A DNA stretch of 64,000 nucleotides, taken from Hyphomicrobiales bacterium (GTDB taxonomy: Bacteria; Pseudomonadota; Alphaproteobacteria; Rhizobiales; OSC116). The DNA is taken from contig JABSRZ010000007.1 of the NCBI GenBank assembly GCA_013214705.1, positions 3,951 to 67,950 of the forward strand, in the 5' to 3' direction. Below the pieces are notes generated by a model. It was not told the DNA's origin. It did not search any database and was given only the letters and a program-made list of their open reading frames with translations. Shown here piece after piece: positions 1 through 9,360 of this stretch. The first letter of the stretch is position 1. Every line of letters starts with the position of its first letter. The translations under genes were made by a program, and so were the position numbers.

Positions 1-206
1 CTGCTGAGCATCTTTAGCTTTCTCTAGGGGTATATTAAGCAGCTTAACTGTGGTTGTTTCTGTGGATAGGTTATAGGTGCTCTTTAGATGCGTCCAGAGA
101 TGATCTGTAGATGCCCTAAATCAACTCATATGATTCCTTTTGGAGTTCTTGAGAGGCTCTTAATTTGCCCTTGGATGCTTTTTCAGAAAAGTTATTAACA
201 TTTCAT

Positions 207-230
207 ATGTGGTTACCAATGTGGTTACCA
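207..230. repeat. Perfect 12-bp tandem duplication (ATGTGGTTACCA x2); function unknown
   Basis: Read directly: atgtggttacca at 207-218 is repeated at 219-230. Each unit contains the near-palindrome TGGT-T-ACCA. It lies in ORF-free DNA downstream of the tRNA. Confidence 0.9.
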
Positions 231-273
231 GTGAGGATTTTGAGGGTATTTTAAGTTGAAATCTGAAGCCTAG

Positions 274-304
274 AAACAAAAAAACCCTATGTTTCCATAA
301 GGTT
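274..304 (-). terminator. Rho-independent terminator downstream of tRNA-Thr
   Basis: Minus-strand RNA forms AACCUUAUG-GAAA-CAUAGGGUU (9 bp including one G-U, GNRA loop), followed by UUUUUUUGUUU. Confidence 0.75.
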
Positions 305-308
305 GTAA

Positions 309-384
309 TGGTGCCGGTTAGGGGACTCGAACTCCTGACCTACTGATTACAAATCAGTTGCTCTACCAACTGAGCTAAACCGGC
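309..384 (-). tRNA. tRNA-Thr (anticodon UGU)
   Basis: The reverse complement gives a 76-nt cloverleaf. Acceptor GCCGGTT/AACCGGC; D arm GCTC-AGTTGGTA-GAGC; anticodon stem ACTGA/TCAGT with loop TTTGTAA (anticodon TGT); T loop TTCGAGT; encoded CCA. There is one A-C mismatch in the T stem. Confidence 0.85.
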
Positions 385-502
385 GATACTAGCGACATAG
401 CCACTGTAACATTATGGGTGGTGTATAAAATGATTATGAGATGTTGTCAAAATTAATTTTGAGTTTTCCAACATTTCTGCGCAAATATAATAAACAAAGC
501 AT

Positions 503-1273
503 TTATAACCACACCGTATAGATATATTTGCCGGTCATACCGAAACTCATGACGATAATTAGTGGCCGAATGAATTTTGTGCCGCCATTAATAATGGCCA
601 TTGAACCCAAATAACCGCCCAATATTTGCCCAAAGATCATGATTGCGCCGATCAACCACACCACATGGCCGGAAAATATAAAAATTATCAGTGCGGCAAG
701 GTTTGAAGCTAAGTTAAGGAATTTAGCGATGGATGTAGATTTGACGAGATTTTGCCCGCGCAAAGCCACCCCAGCGGCGGCAAAAAAAGAGCCAGTACCG
801 GGGCCTAAAATGCCATCATAGAAACCGATAATTGGCACAATGACAAACCGGTATAAAGGCCGGCTGATTTTTGGTTGTCGTTGGCCATCATCTTTAATTT
901 TGGGGGCAAATAAAAAATAAAATGCTATCGACAATAAGATAATAGGAATGATGATTTCAAGTTTTTTTGCATCTACGAATAACAGCACTATTGCCCCAAT
1001 ACACGAACCTGCTAACGAAGCAAAAACCAGCTGAAAAACATCTTGTTTGGTGACTATTTTCTTCCTATATACGGTGATAGACGAGGTGGGCGTGCCAAAT
1101 ACCGCCTGAAATTTATTGGTAGCGATGGCCGCCAAAGGCGACATGCCGGTGAGCAATAATAAAGGCACGGTAATAAGACCGCCTCCACCCGCCAACGCGT
1201 CTATAAAGCCAGCAAAACAGCTCGCCATAAATAAGATAAGTATGAGGTCATAACTCAGGTTGATTTCGAACAT
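503..1273 (-). CDS. TSUP/TauE-SafE family (DUF81) membrane transporter
   Basis: 256-aa polytopic membrane ORF. The N-terminal FIDALAGGGGLITVPLL motif and the internally repeated glycine-rich TM pattern are typical of the family. Confidence 0.8.
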   Translation of the reverse strand: MFEINLSYDLILILFMASCFAGFIDALAGGGGLITVPLLLLTGMSPLAAIATNKFQAVFGTPTSSITVYRKKIVTKQDVFQLVFASLAGSCIGAIVLLFVDAKKLEIIIPIILLSIAFYFLFAPKIKDDGQRQPKISRPLYRFVIVPIIGFYDGILGPGTGSFFAAAGVALRGQNLVKSTSIAKFLNLASNLAALIIFIFSGHVVWLIGAIMIFGQILGGYLGSMAIINGGTKFIRPLIIVMSFGMTGKYIYTVWL

Positions 1274-1290
1274 ATATAACCTCTACGCAA

Positions 1291-2556
1291 TTACGAATAT
1301 CGAGTTGAGATATTTGTCGGTTTTAATTTGTTATATTTTTCGTAAAATATAATGCCCCAAAGCACGCCCAATATTATGTAAAGTAAGCGCCAATGGTCGA
1401 TGTCGATTATCCACGCCTCAACCGCTAATGATACGAATGTGGCGTAAAATATTAAAAATTGTTTGTGCATGGCAAATTTTGTGAAGCAATATTTAAAGCC
1501 AGCAACAAGCGTGAACAGCATGGCCAATAAAAAACTAAACCCCGCAACCCAACCACCGATGAGGAAAGTGGTTAAATAAGTGTTATGTACATCCTCACCA
1601 AATTTAACCCCGAACTCTTTGGCCCCAATGCCCCAAGGCTGTTGAATTACAATGCGCAGCGCGTCGCTATGGCGGCTAAAACGGCCACCTTCGGCCACAT
1701 CATAATCTTGCGAAAGAGACGCGCGTTGCGAAACCAAATCGGCAATGGCGGGTATATTTATGGCCACCACCAAAGCCACGCACATAGCCACAAATGCAAT
1801 GAGTATATATAGAGTTAATTCGACTCTATAACGGTTGCTAGGCGCTGTGTAATATAGCGATATGAACATTAGAAAAGACGAAAATAAAAACACCCCCCAA
1901 GCGCCGCGTGAGAAACTTAGCAGCAAGGCAAATAACAGAATGCTAAATTTCAACACCGCCAAGCTCTTATCTTTGAAGTTCGAATGGACTATTTTTTCTA
2001 TCAAATACAGCATAGGTGGCACAATGAAGGGGGCGAACACATTGGGGTCTTTAAACCCGCCTTTGGCGCGGCCATATAGGGTGAATAACTCATAAGTGGG
2101 GCCGATGTGAAAATAACCCATTATGGCCAATATCGAAGAAATTAATGCCGCCCACAGATAGGCTTTCATAATGATGTCGACAATTTTTTTGGGGTTGTTA
2201 TAGACCATAATTATGAGGCCGATGCAAAATATAACCATATAAGCGGTAATGATGACATGCATATTGGAATCGCCCAAATTATCGGACATTAACACCCCAA
2301 AAAAACTACCCATTAGGTGGACAAAGCCAATAGCCATTATCCACTTTATTTGCCGCGGGATTGCCGCGCCTGAAAACAACACAATTAAGATGGTGCATAA
2401 AATTAACGGGTCGAACGGCGCAGGTTCGAACAACACAAACCCACTGGTTAAAATGGCGATATAGAGTAAAAAATGTGACAGTTTAACAATAAACCGTTCA
2501 TCGTCATTTGTAACAATGTGGTTGTGAACTGTCGAAGTGCTGGGGTAATCTGTCAT
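1291..2556 (-). CDS. O-antigen ligase/polymerase-like (Wzy_C family) membrane protein
   Basis: 421 aa with many TM helices. The SFSRGAWG loop motif is typical of Wzy_C/O-antigen ligase-like proteins. It is the first gene of a polysaccharide cluster. Confidence 0.65.
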   Translation of the reverse strand: MTDYPSTSTVHNHIVTNDDERFIVKLSHFLLYIAILTSGFVLFEPAPFDPLILCTILIVLFSGAAIPRQIKWIMAIGFVHLMGSFFGVLMSDNLGDSNMHVIITAYMVIFCIGLIIMVYNNPKKIVDIIMKAYLWAALISSILAIMGYFHIGPTYELFTLYGRAKGGFKDPNVFAPFIVPPMLYLIEKIVHSNFKDKSLAVLKFSILLFALLLSFSRGAWGVFLFSSFLMFISLYYTAPSNRYRVELTLYILIAFVAMCVALVVAINIPAIADLVSQRASLSQDYDVAEGGRFSRHSDALRIVIQQPWGIGAKEFGVKFGEDVHNTYLTTFLIGGWVAGFSFLLAMLFTLVAGFKYCFTKFAMHKQFLIFYATFVSLAVEAWIIDIDHWRLLYIILGVLWGIIFYEKYNKLKPTNISTRYS

Positions 2557-2615
2557 TTATTTAACGCTTTAAATTAATAAGACAACTCTTTGTTTTTATT
2601 GGCAAATATTATTTT

Positions 2616-4061
2616 TCAATAAGCATTCTTTGTCGAGAATAGTGCAAATGGTGTCATGACTAGAATGTATAGATCGAAGAAGACTGACCATTTTTCGATA
2701 TAATATAAATCATGCTCGACACGTTGATGTATTTTATTTTCTGTATCGGTTTCACCGCGCCAGCCATTAATTTGCGCCCAACCGGTAATGCCGGGTTTCA
2801 CTTTATGACGGGCAAAATAACTATCCACCACTTCGCCATAAAGGCGGTTGTCGGCTTTGGCCTGAACAGCGTGTGGGCGGGGCCCCACAAGTGACAATTG
2901 ACCGGTTAAAACATTAAACAATTGGGGCAGCTCATCCATACTGGTTTTGCGGATGAACCGGCCAACTTTGGTGACTCTTGGGTCGCCCTTGGTTACCAAT
3001 TTGCTAGCGTTTTTATCTTCCACATCATTTCGCATAGAACGGAATTTATAGACCTCGATCAGTTCATTGTTAAAGCCATAACGCTTTTGCTTAAACAATA
3101 CGGGGCCGGGGCTATCTAATTTAACCGCAATAGCCACTGCCGCCATGATGGGCGAAAACATGATGATGGCAAAAAACGCGATGATTCTATCTTCGATATT
3201 TTTGGCGATAACATCCCAATCAGATAAGGGGCGGTCAAACAAATCTAACACCGGCACAGTGCCAATATAGCTATATGAACGCGGGCGAAACCGCAATTTG
3301 CTTTGCAATGCAGATATACGAATGTCGACCGGCAAAACCCAAAGTTTTTTGAGCAATTGCAGCAAGCGGGTTTCGGCTGAAACGGGCAGGGATATAAGCA
3401 ATAAATCAACATCAGCCTCGCGGGCAAATTTCACCAAATCTTTAACTTCGCCCAATTTGGGCAGGCCAGCCACAAGGTCTGGCGATCGGTCATCAAATCT
3501 ATCGTCAAAAATTCCAAGAATTTTGACTTCACCTTCGGAACTGTTGTTAATCGCTTCAATAAGCTGCTCGGCGGCTTTGCCACCGCCAACCACAATCGCG
3601 CGGCGTTCTAACCGGCCTTTTTTTAACCAGCGATTGATGAAATTGCGGTAAATAAGCCTCGTACCCATGATGACGGCAAAACCAGATATAAACCAACTAA
3701 CGAACCACACCCGAGAAAATTCAATACCAGATTTGTTTAAAAAGAAATAGGTGGCCAACACACCAAACACAATCGCCCAGGCGCTGATAATGTGCAAACC
3801 ATGTTTTAACGTGCTGCGGACGTCATGTATGGCGTATATTTCAAATAGCCCAAATGCAAATATTGTGCCGACGGCGGCGGCCATTTCGACCCACAAATAT
3901 ATATCTGCAAACCCCAAAAGCGTGGGGTTGAAATCTGATATATAAAATATATTGGTCAGATAACCGGTTAAGAAAACCGCGAATAGGTCGGTAATTCGTA
4001 ATGTTACCAACAATGCAGGGCGAGAAATGGGCTTGGGTTTATTATGGTTTGTTTTGGACAT
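2616..4061 (-). CDS. Polyprenyl-phosphate glycosyl-phosphotransferase (WbaP/ExoY-type priming sugar transferase)
   Basis: 481 aa with an N-terminal TM block and a central nucleotide-binding-like segment (VVGGGKAAEQL). The C-terminal bacterial sugar-transferase domain reads PGPVLFKQKRYGFNNE...FRSM...DELPQLFNVLTGQLSLVGPRP. Confidence 0.85.
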   Translation of the reverse strand: MSKTNHNKPKPISRPALLVTLRITDLFAVFLTGYLTNIFYISDFNPTLLGFADIYLWVEMAAAVGTIFAFGLFEIYAIHDVRSTLKHGLHIISAWAIVFGVLATYFFLNKSGIEFSRVWFVSWFISGFAVIMGTRLIYRNFINRWLKKGRLERRAIVVGGGKAAEQLIEAINNSSEGEVKILGIFDDRFDDRSPDLVAGLPKLGEVKDLVKFAREADVDLLLISLPVSAETRLLQLLKKLWVLPVDIRISALQSKLRFRPRSYSYIGTVPVLDLFDRPLSDWDVIAKNIEDRIIAFFAIIMFSPIMAAVAIAVKLDSPGPVLFKQKRYGFNNELIEVYKFRSMRNDVEDKNASKLVTKGDPRVTKVGRFIRKTSMDELPQLFNVLTGQLSLVGPRPHAVQAKADNRLYGEVVDSYFARHKVKPGITGWAQINGWRGETDTENKIHQRVEHDLYYIEKWSVFFDLYILVMTPFALFSTKNAY

Positions 4062-4146
4062 TTATTAACTTTTGAAAATAATTACTGTTTAAAATCAATA
4101 TAATTACAATTGGTTTAGATAGTTTTAAACCCTGCGGAGTGAGACA

Positions 4147-5277
4147 TTATACTTGGTCATAAAACTGGGTGATTTGGGCAGCCATATCCTCAACATTAAA
4201 ACTTTTTTGGATGCTTTTTTGCAATATATCGACATTTTCTAAGTGAATTGAGCGGCGCTTTGGCACTATTGTGGCGCGCATATAGTCGAATAATTGACCT
4301 GTATCTTCTGGCTCGAACAAAAGATCTGTATGCTCGGCATAAATTTCGGGTATGCCGCCAACATTGGCGGCAATTAAAGGCATTTTAGCGGCAATGGTTT
4401 CAAGAATCATATAGGGCAGGCCTTCGGCACGCGATGGCATAACTTGAACTTTTGCCAATTTAAACGCCTCGCCAGCCGGCATGGGCGGCATAAACACCAC
4501 ATTGGCGGCAATGTTAAGTTTCGCCACTTGCTGTTTGAATTTTTTGGCATCTGGGCCATAGCCAATGATGATGAGGGTTAACTGGCGTTTTATTACCTTG
4601 GCATGGCAAAGCTTGGCGAAGGCATCAATTAGCAAATCGACACCCTTGAGCATACGTAACTCACCAATATATAAGAAGTCGGCAGCATCGACAGCTAATT
4701 TGGTTTGATAAAACTCGCTGGCCTTTAGACCATTGTGAATGGTTTTAAATGGCTTATAAAGTTTGTCGATTTTAATTTCAAAAACTTGTTGGGATTTTTT
4801 GGATTCGAAAATAAACCCATCGGTATATTTTTGCAGATATTTTTCGAGCTTTAAAAATACAAACCCGACGGGGGATTTGGGGCTGTAGTGCAATGTGCCA
4901 CCATGCAGGGTGTAAAAAGTTTTTGGCGCAGATGTTGCGGTTTTTAAATGGCGTTTTTTGATAAGCCGCGTGTAGGCGCCGCCCTTGGCGCCGTGCCCAT
5001 GTATAATGTCAATATCATTGTCTATAACTATCTGGCTAATTGCCGTCAGGTTTTTGAAATCTAATAAGCTGGGCATACGGCTAATGTTTAATTTGTGAAT
5101 TCCGAATGATAATTTGGGTTCAATATCGGCAAAGGTTTTAGCAACATAAGGGCTATCTGCAGGTATGGCGGTCACAAAACCCACATTGTGGCCCATGGCA
5201 ACCTGCTGTTCTGCTAAATCTCTAGCATGCCGGAACAGGCCACCAATTGGGGCGCGTAATATATGCAAAATATTCAC
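4147..5277 (-). CDS. Glycosyltransferase, GT4-like (GT-B fold)
   Basis: 376 aa. The C-terminal PSRAEGLPYMILETIAAKMPLIAANVGGIPE segment matches the GT4 nucleotide-sugar binding region. It sits in the polysaccharide cluster. Confidence 0.8.
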   Translation of the reverse strand: MNILHILRAPIGGLFRHARDLAEQQVAMGHNVGFVTAIPADSPYVAKTFADIEPKLSFGIHKLNISRMPSLLDFKNLTAISQIVIDNDIDIIHGHGAKGGAYTRLIKKRHLKTATSAPKTFYTLHGGTLHYSPKSPVGFVFLKLEKYLQKYTDGFIFESKKSQQVFEIKIDKLYKPFKTIHNGLKASEFYQTKLAVDAADFLYIGELRMLKGVDLLIDAFAKLCHAKVIKRQLTLIIIGYGPDAKKFKQQVAKLNIAANVVFMPPMPAGEAFKLAKVQVMPSRAEGLPYMILETIAAKMPLIAANVGGIPEIYAEHTDLLFEPEDTGQLFDYMRATIVPKRRSIHLENVDILQKSIQKSFNVEDMAAQITQFYDQV

Positions 5278-5324
5278 TCATCCGCTCCTGCTATTTAGGT
5301 TTATGGGTTAATTAGGTTTAGGGG

Positions 5325-5906
5325 CTAATATTGGGTGGTAACCATATTGCCATATACCCGAATAATATCGCCAGCGGCGAGAGGGGTTTCTAGCACCACA
5401 TTGGCCTCGAATATTCTGCCGGTGTTGCGACGTGTGATTTTTACCATACTGGTCATAGCACCGGTTAAAAACCCGCCAGCACTGGCGATGGCAGCCTCGG
5501 CGGTGATGCCGGGTATGTAGGCATATTGACCGGCGTTTTTAACCGCACCAATGACGAAAATGGGCGTGTAAGTAATGACCTCAACCGATACACTGGGGTT
5601 GCGAATGAAATTTTGTGCCAATAAGAATGCAATATAATCGGCAAATTGTGCAGGAGTTTTATTAAGCGCCAAAATTGAACCTAATAAAGGCATATTAATT
5701 TGGCCCTTATCGTCTATGCGGTAGGCGGCCGATAAATCAGCCTGGCCAAACACCGTAATTTGGATTTGCTCACCAGCCAATAAAGTGTGGGGTTTGCTGG
5801 AAATATTTGGGTCTATATATTGGCGCACAATATCAGTTTGTGTTGTACAAGCTGTTAAAAACAGCACTAGCAGCCCGATTAATATATTGAACATCGTTTT
5901 TTGCAA
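5325..5906 (-). CDS. Polysaccharide export outer-membrane lipoprotein (Wza-like, Poly_export/SLBB)
   Basis: 193 aa with a lipobox LFLTAC and a Poly_export-like core (INMPLLGSILALNKTPAQFADYIA). The TTG start is preceded by a GAGGGTG Shine-Dalgarno sequence. Confidence 0.8.
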   Translation of the reverse strand: MQKTMFNILIGLLVLFLTACTTQTDIVRQYIDPNISSKPHTLLAGEQIQITVFGQADLSAAYRIDDKGQINMPLLGSILALNKTPAQFADYIAFLLAQNFIRNPSVSVEVITYTPIFVIGAVKNAGQYAYIPGITAEAAIASAGGFLTGAMTSMVKITRRNTGRIFEANVVLETPLAAGDIIRVYGNMVTTQY

Positions 5907-6055
5907 ATTTTCACCCTCGAAATAGAATCAAATGACGTTATGAATTATTTCTAAACAAACTTGGTTAAAAAAGTTTAAGCATTTTTGATTTGTTAACTTA
6001 ATTCCAACTTTGTTAGCTTAAAAATTAGCATTAGATAGAATCAGTAACGCGCAAT

Positions 6056-8263
6056 TTGAATGTGTTTATGACCAATAATATTATATATCAAAATGAGTTA
6101 AACGACTTTACACCGCAAGAATTTTTTGTGGGATTGTTAAAGAATTGGCTCGTAATTTTCTCGTCCATAACCTTAACACTGGTGTTTACCTTGTTGTTCT
6201 ACATGTCCAATGTGCCGAGTTTTACCAGCAGCGCGCGGATGTTAATTGAAGATCGAAAATCGGCACTTACAAATTTTTCTAACGCAAATTCTAGCTCAAA
6301 CCAAAGTATATCCGTTGACGCAACGCGCAATTTAACCAATCAAGTGCAATATTTAAAATCATTGGAAATGGCAAAAAAAGTAGATGAAGTTATTAGATTT
6401 TCTAGTCTACTGGAATTTAATGACCGGGTTGCGGCAGGCCAATCGGCAATTTTTCAACATTTCGCGAATAATTTAAAAATCGGCTTATTTGCTGATTCGA
6501 ATGTGATCGAGGTTTCTTATAGCGCAGAAACGCCGGAATTGGCCGCCAGAATGGTGAATGTTATCACTGAAGTTTATAAGCAACAAAAAGCCAACGAAGA
6601 CACGCTGGTGAATGACACCGCATCCGATTGGCTGGGCGATAAGGTTAAAGAGTTGCAAGATAGCCAGCGTAAAATGGACGCTAAAATTGTGCAATATCGC
6701 ATAGATAATGGCATTTTTGTGGGTCAAAATAACCAAAAATTACTTTCGGAACAGCTAACAGCGTTGACCAGCAATATTACCATCGCATCGGTTGAACAAG
6801 CCGAAACTGTTGCCCGGGCAGATTTAATAGCCAGCTTATTGGGCAGAAACGGCAACTTGGATTCGGCTCGTGATGTACTGAATTCGGCGTTAATACAGCA
6901 ATATAGGCAGCAAGTGCTTAGTTTGCAGCGGCGCATAGCGGAATTGTCTGAAACCTTGCTGCCATCGCACCCTAAATTATTAAGCCTAAATGCAGAACTC
7001 GGCAATGTGAACCAGCAGATCGTGTCGGAAGCGAGAAACTTAATGCTAGCTCTACGCAATGAAGTCGAAATTTCGGCGCAACGCGAAACGAGCTTAAAAG
7101 ACCAATTAAAACACCTAAAAACCAGAGAAGCTGGCTCATTGTTGCAAGAAGTCGAATTGAATAGCTTGGTCAGAGAATCAGAGGCCAATAGAAGCTTGTT
7201 GGAATCTTATCTGGCGAAGTTTAAAGAAGCTGATGTGCGCAGCAATGCTGCGTTAGAATCTTCACAGGTGCATATAATTTCGCAAGCGGTTGTGCCGCTG
7301 CGACAATCGGGCATTGCCCGCAACATGATTTTCGCCATCATGGCCGTTGTGGGGTTTATATTGGGCATTGTGATCGCCACTTTTAGAACATTGCGCCAAA
7401 GCAATAAACAACAAAGAAAAGCCATCAAAACCGAGCTTAAAGCTGAAACCAAAAAAGAATCTAGTGGTTCGGCGTCTTTTAGCCAGATTAAGAGTGACAA
7501 AAATTCGAAAAGTGGCAAAAACCGGCGTGGCACAAACGGTAAAATTGGGTTTGATGATTTGTCATTTATGGCGGCTATCCCGCAATCAGGCGCCAATAAC
7601 CGTGAGAAAAATATTTTAAAGAATGACATACTTTCGCATTTAGAATCGGACTATGCGCACAGCTTTGTTGACCTGATTGATAATTTGATGGTTCAGTCTG
7701 ATAATGAATTTCAAAAACATTTTATGATTTCGGGCTTAGATGATGACAGCGAATCATATGAAGCTATTCTAAATCTGGGCCGTATTTTGGATATGAAAGG
7801 CGCGAAGACTCTGGTGATGGATTTAGATGTAGAGAGCCAATTATTTTCTAAATCTATGGTTGAGAAAACCAATTTTGGGTTTAGCGATATCTTAGCCAAT
7901 CGTTGTTATTTTGAAGATTGCATCATTGACGATACAAAATCGGGCTTGAATATATTATTGGCCGGCACCGACGTCGATAAGCTTAGTGACATCATCGTTT
8001 CTGATGAAATGGCCGAGTTTTTGGATGACTTAGACCAGATGTATGATGTTATTTTAATTCACTCAAATGACGTGTTGCAAAAACACGTAACTGATTTTAT
8101 CGACAGCCAAGTGGATCTAACTCTGCTGGTGGCCGATTGGGAAGACAGAGCCAATGAACAGTTGCAAACTGCATTATCTGCCCTGAAGGATTTTCAGGGA
8201 TCGGATTTCGGCCTGTTATTAATGGGCGCGGATATGAAAGAATTCGACCGCGTCGCTAGCTAA
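6056..8263 (+). CDS. Polysaccharide co-polymerase (Wzc/ExoP/GumC-like) with degenerate C-terminal BY-kinase-like domain
   Basis: 735 aa. It has an N-terminal Wzz-type TM segment, a long coiled-coil periplasmic region, a second TM (IFAIMAVVGFILGIVIATF), and a C-terminal P-loop-ATPase-like fold with altered Walker motifs. The ORF-track start is TTG at 6056; ATG at 6068 is an alternative. Confidence 0.8.
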   Translation: MNVFMTNNIIYQNELNDFTPQEFFVGLLKNWLVIFSSITLTLVFTLLFYMSNVPSFTSSARMLIEDRKSALTNFSNANSSSNQSISVDATRNLTNQVQYLKSLEMAKKVDEVIRFSSLLEFNDRVAAGQSAIFQHFANNLKIGLFADSNVIEVSYSAETPELAARMVNVITEVYKQQKANEDTLVNDTASDWLGDKVKELQDSQRKMDAKIVQYRIDNGIFVGQNNQKLLSEQLTALTSNITIASVEQAETVARADLIASLLGRNGNLDSARDVLNSALIQQYRQQVLSLQRRIAELSETLLPSHPKLLSLNAELGNVNQQIVSEARNLMLALRNEVEISAQRETSLKDQLKHLKTREAGSLLQEVELNSLVRESEANRSLLESYLAKFKEADVRSNAALESSQVHIISQAVVPLRQSGIARNMIFAIMAVVGFILGIVIATFRTLRQSNKQQRKAIKTELKAETKKESSGSASFSQIKSDKNSKSGKNRRGTNGKIGFDDLSFMAAIPQSGANNREKNILKNDILSHLESDYAHSFVDLIDNLMVQSDNEFQKHFMISGLDDDSESYEAILNLGRILDMKGAKTLVMDLDVESQLFSKSMVEKTNFGFSDILANRCYFEDCIIDDTKSGLNILLAGTDVDKLSDIIVSDEMAEFLDDLDQMYDVILIHSNDVLQKHVTDFIDSQVDLTLLVADWEDRANEQLQTALSALKDFQGSDFGLLLMGADMKEFDRVAS

Positions 8264-8283
8264 CACTTATCAGAGCAGATTTT

Positions 8284-9354
8284 ATGCGTTTATTCAAATC
8301 AGGCTTGGTTAAAAATATTCTAGACATTGTTTATTATTCCGGTGTTTCGAAAGTTTTAAAGCCATTTGCACAGGGTGACGGCATAATATTTATGTTGCAT
8401 CATATATTGCCCGGAGCTGTGGCCGACGACGCAAAATTTCGGCCGAATGGCATACTTGAAGTGACACCTGAGTTTTTAGATGAAACCATCACATATTTAA
8501 AGAAAAATAATTATGAGATATTGTCTTTAGATGATGCTTATAAGCGTTTGCAGAGCGGTATACCGCATGCTGGTAAACCGTTTATTGTGTTTACTATAGA
8601 TGATGGGTATTTGGACAATTTGGAGCATGCTTACCCCATTTTTAAACGCCATAATTGCCCGTTTACTGTCTATGTTACCACTGATTTATGTGACTATAAT
8701 CTATTTATGTGGTGGCGGGCACTCGAAGCGGTGATTCAGCAAAACACCTGGATAAAAATGGACGATTTTGGCATCAAAATAGACGAAATTAGTGGAAGTG
8801 TGGCCGAAAAATACCAAGTTTATAACCAAATTTATTGGCAATTGCGAGATATGGGCGAATTTGAAAAACGCCGTGCCGTGTTGTCTTTGGCACAAAAATA
8901 TAAAATTGATCCGTTTGAAGAAACCAAAAAGGTGGCCATGAGCTGGGCACAAATTAAACAATTGGAGCGCGATGAATTGGTCACAATTGGTGCCCACACA
9001 GTTAGCCATAGCGCCATCGCGAAACTGGATGAAGCAGATGCCAAATATGAAATAGGACAATCTCGCGCCATCATAAAAGCCAAAACCGGCATTGACTGTG
9101 AACATTTTTGCTACCCATATGGTAGCGCGGCGGAAGCCAATAAACGTGAGTTTTCATTAACCAAAAAAGCCGGCTATAAAACTGCAGTAACCACCGTTAA
9201 GGGCATGCTATATAAAGGGCATAAGGAGCATCTACTGGCGCTACCAAGGGTATCTTTGAATGGTGAATACCAGAAAATAAGATATGTGAAAACCTATTTA
9301 ACTGGTGTGCCATTTATGCTGTGGAATAAGTTCGCAAAAATTCATAAATATTAG
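8284..9354 (+). CDS. Polysaccharide deacetylase (NodB homology domain)
   Basis: 356 aa. FTIDDGYLDN matches NodB motif 1 (TFDDG), and HTVSH matches motif 2. Confidence 0.8.
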   Translation: MRLFKSGLVKNILDIVYYSGVSKVLKPFAQGDGIIFMLHHILPGAVADDAKFRPNGILEVTPEFLDETITYLKKNNYEILSLDDAYKRLQSGIPHAGKPFIVFTIDDGYLDNLEHAYPIFKRHNCPFTVYVTTDLCDYNLFMWWRALEAVIQQNTWIKMDDFGIKIDEISGSVAEKYQVYNQIYWQLRDMGEFEKRRAVLSLAQKYKIDPFEETKKVAMSWAQIKQLERDELVTIGAHTVSHSAIAKLDEADAKYEIGQSRAIIKAKTGIDCEHFCYPYGSAAEANKREFSLTKKAGYKTAVTTVKGMLYKGHKEHLLALPRVSLNGEYQKIRYVKTYLTGVPFMLWNKFAKIHKY

Positions 9355-9360
9355 ATTTGA

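Noticed and set aside
1-502. Possible genomic island or prophage integrated at tRNA-Thr.
   Set aside because: There is no integrase, no phage or transposon gene, and no direct repeat of the tRNA 3' end within the window. The genes to the right are ordinary chromosomal genes. This cannot be judged to the left of position 1.
1407-2345. Two 8/9 matches to the DnaA box TTATCCACA (TTATCCACG at 1407-1415 and TTATCCACT at 2337-2345).
   Set aside because: They are isolated, about 900 bp apart, and inside a membrane-protein gene. There is no AT-rich unwinding element or box cluster. The window more likely contains the terminus than the origin.
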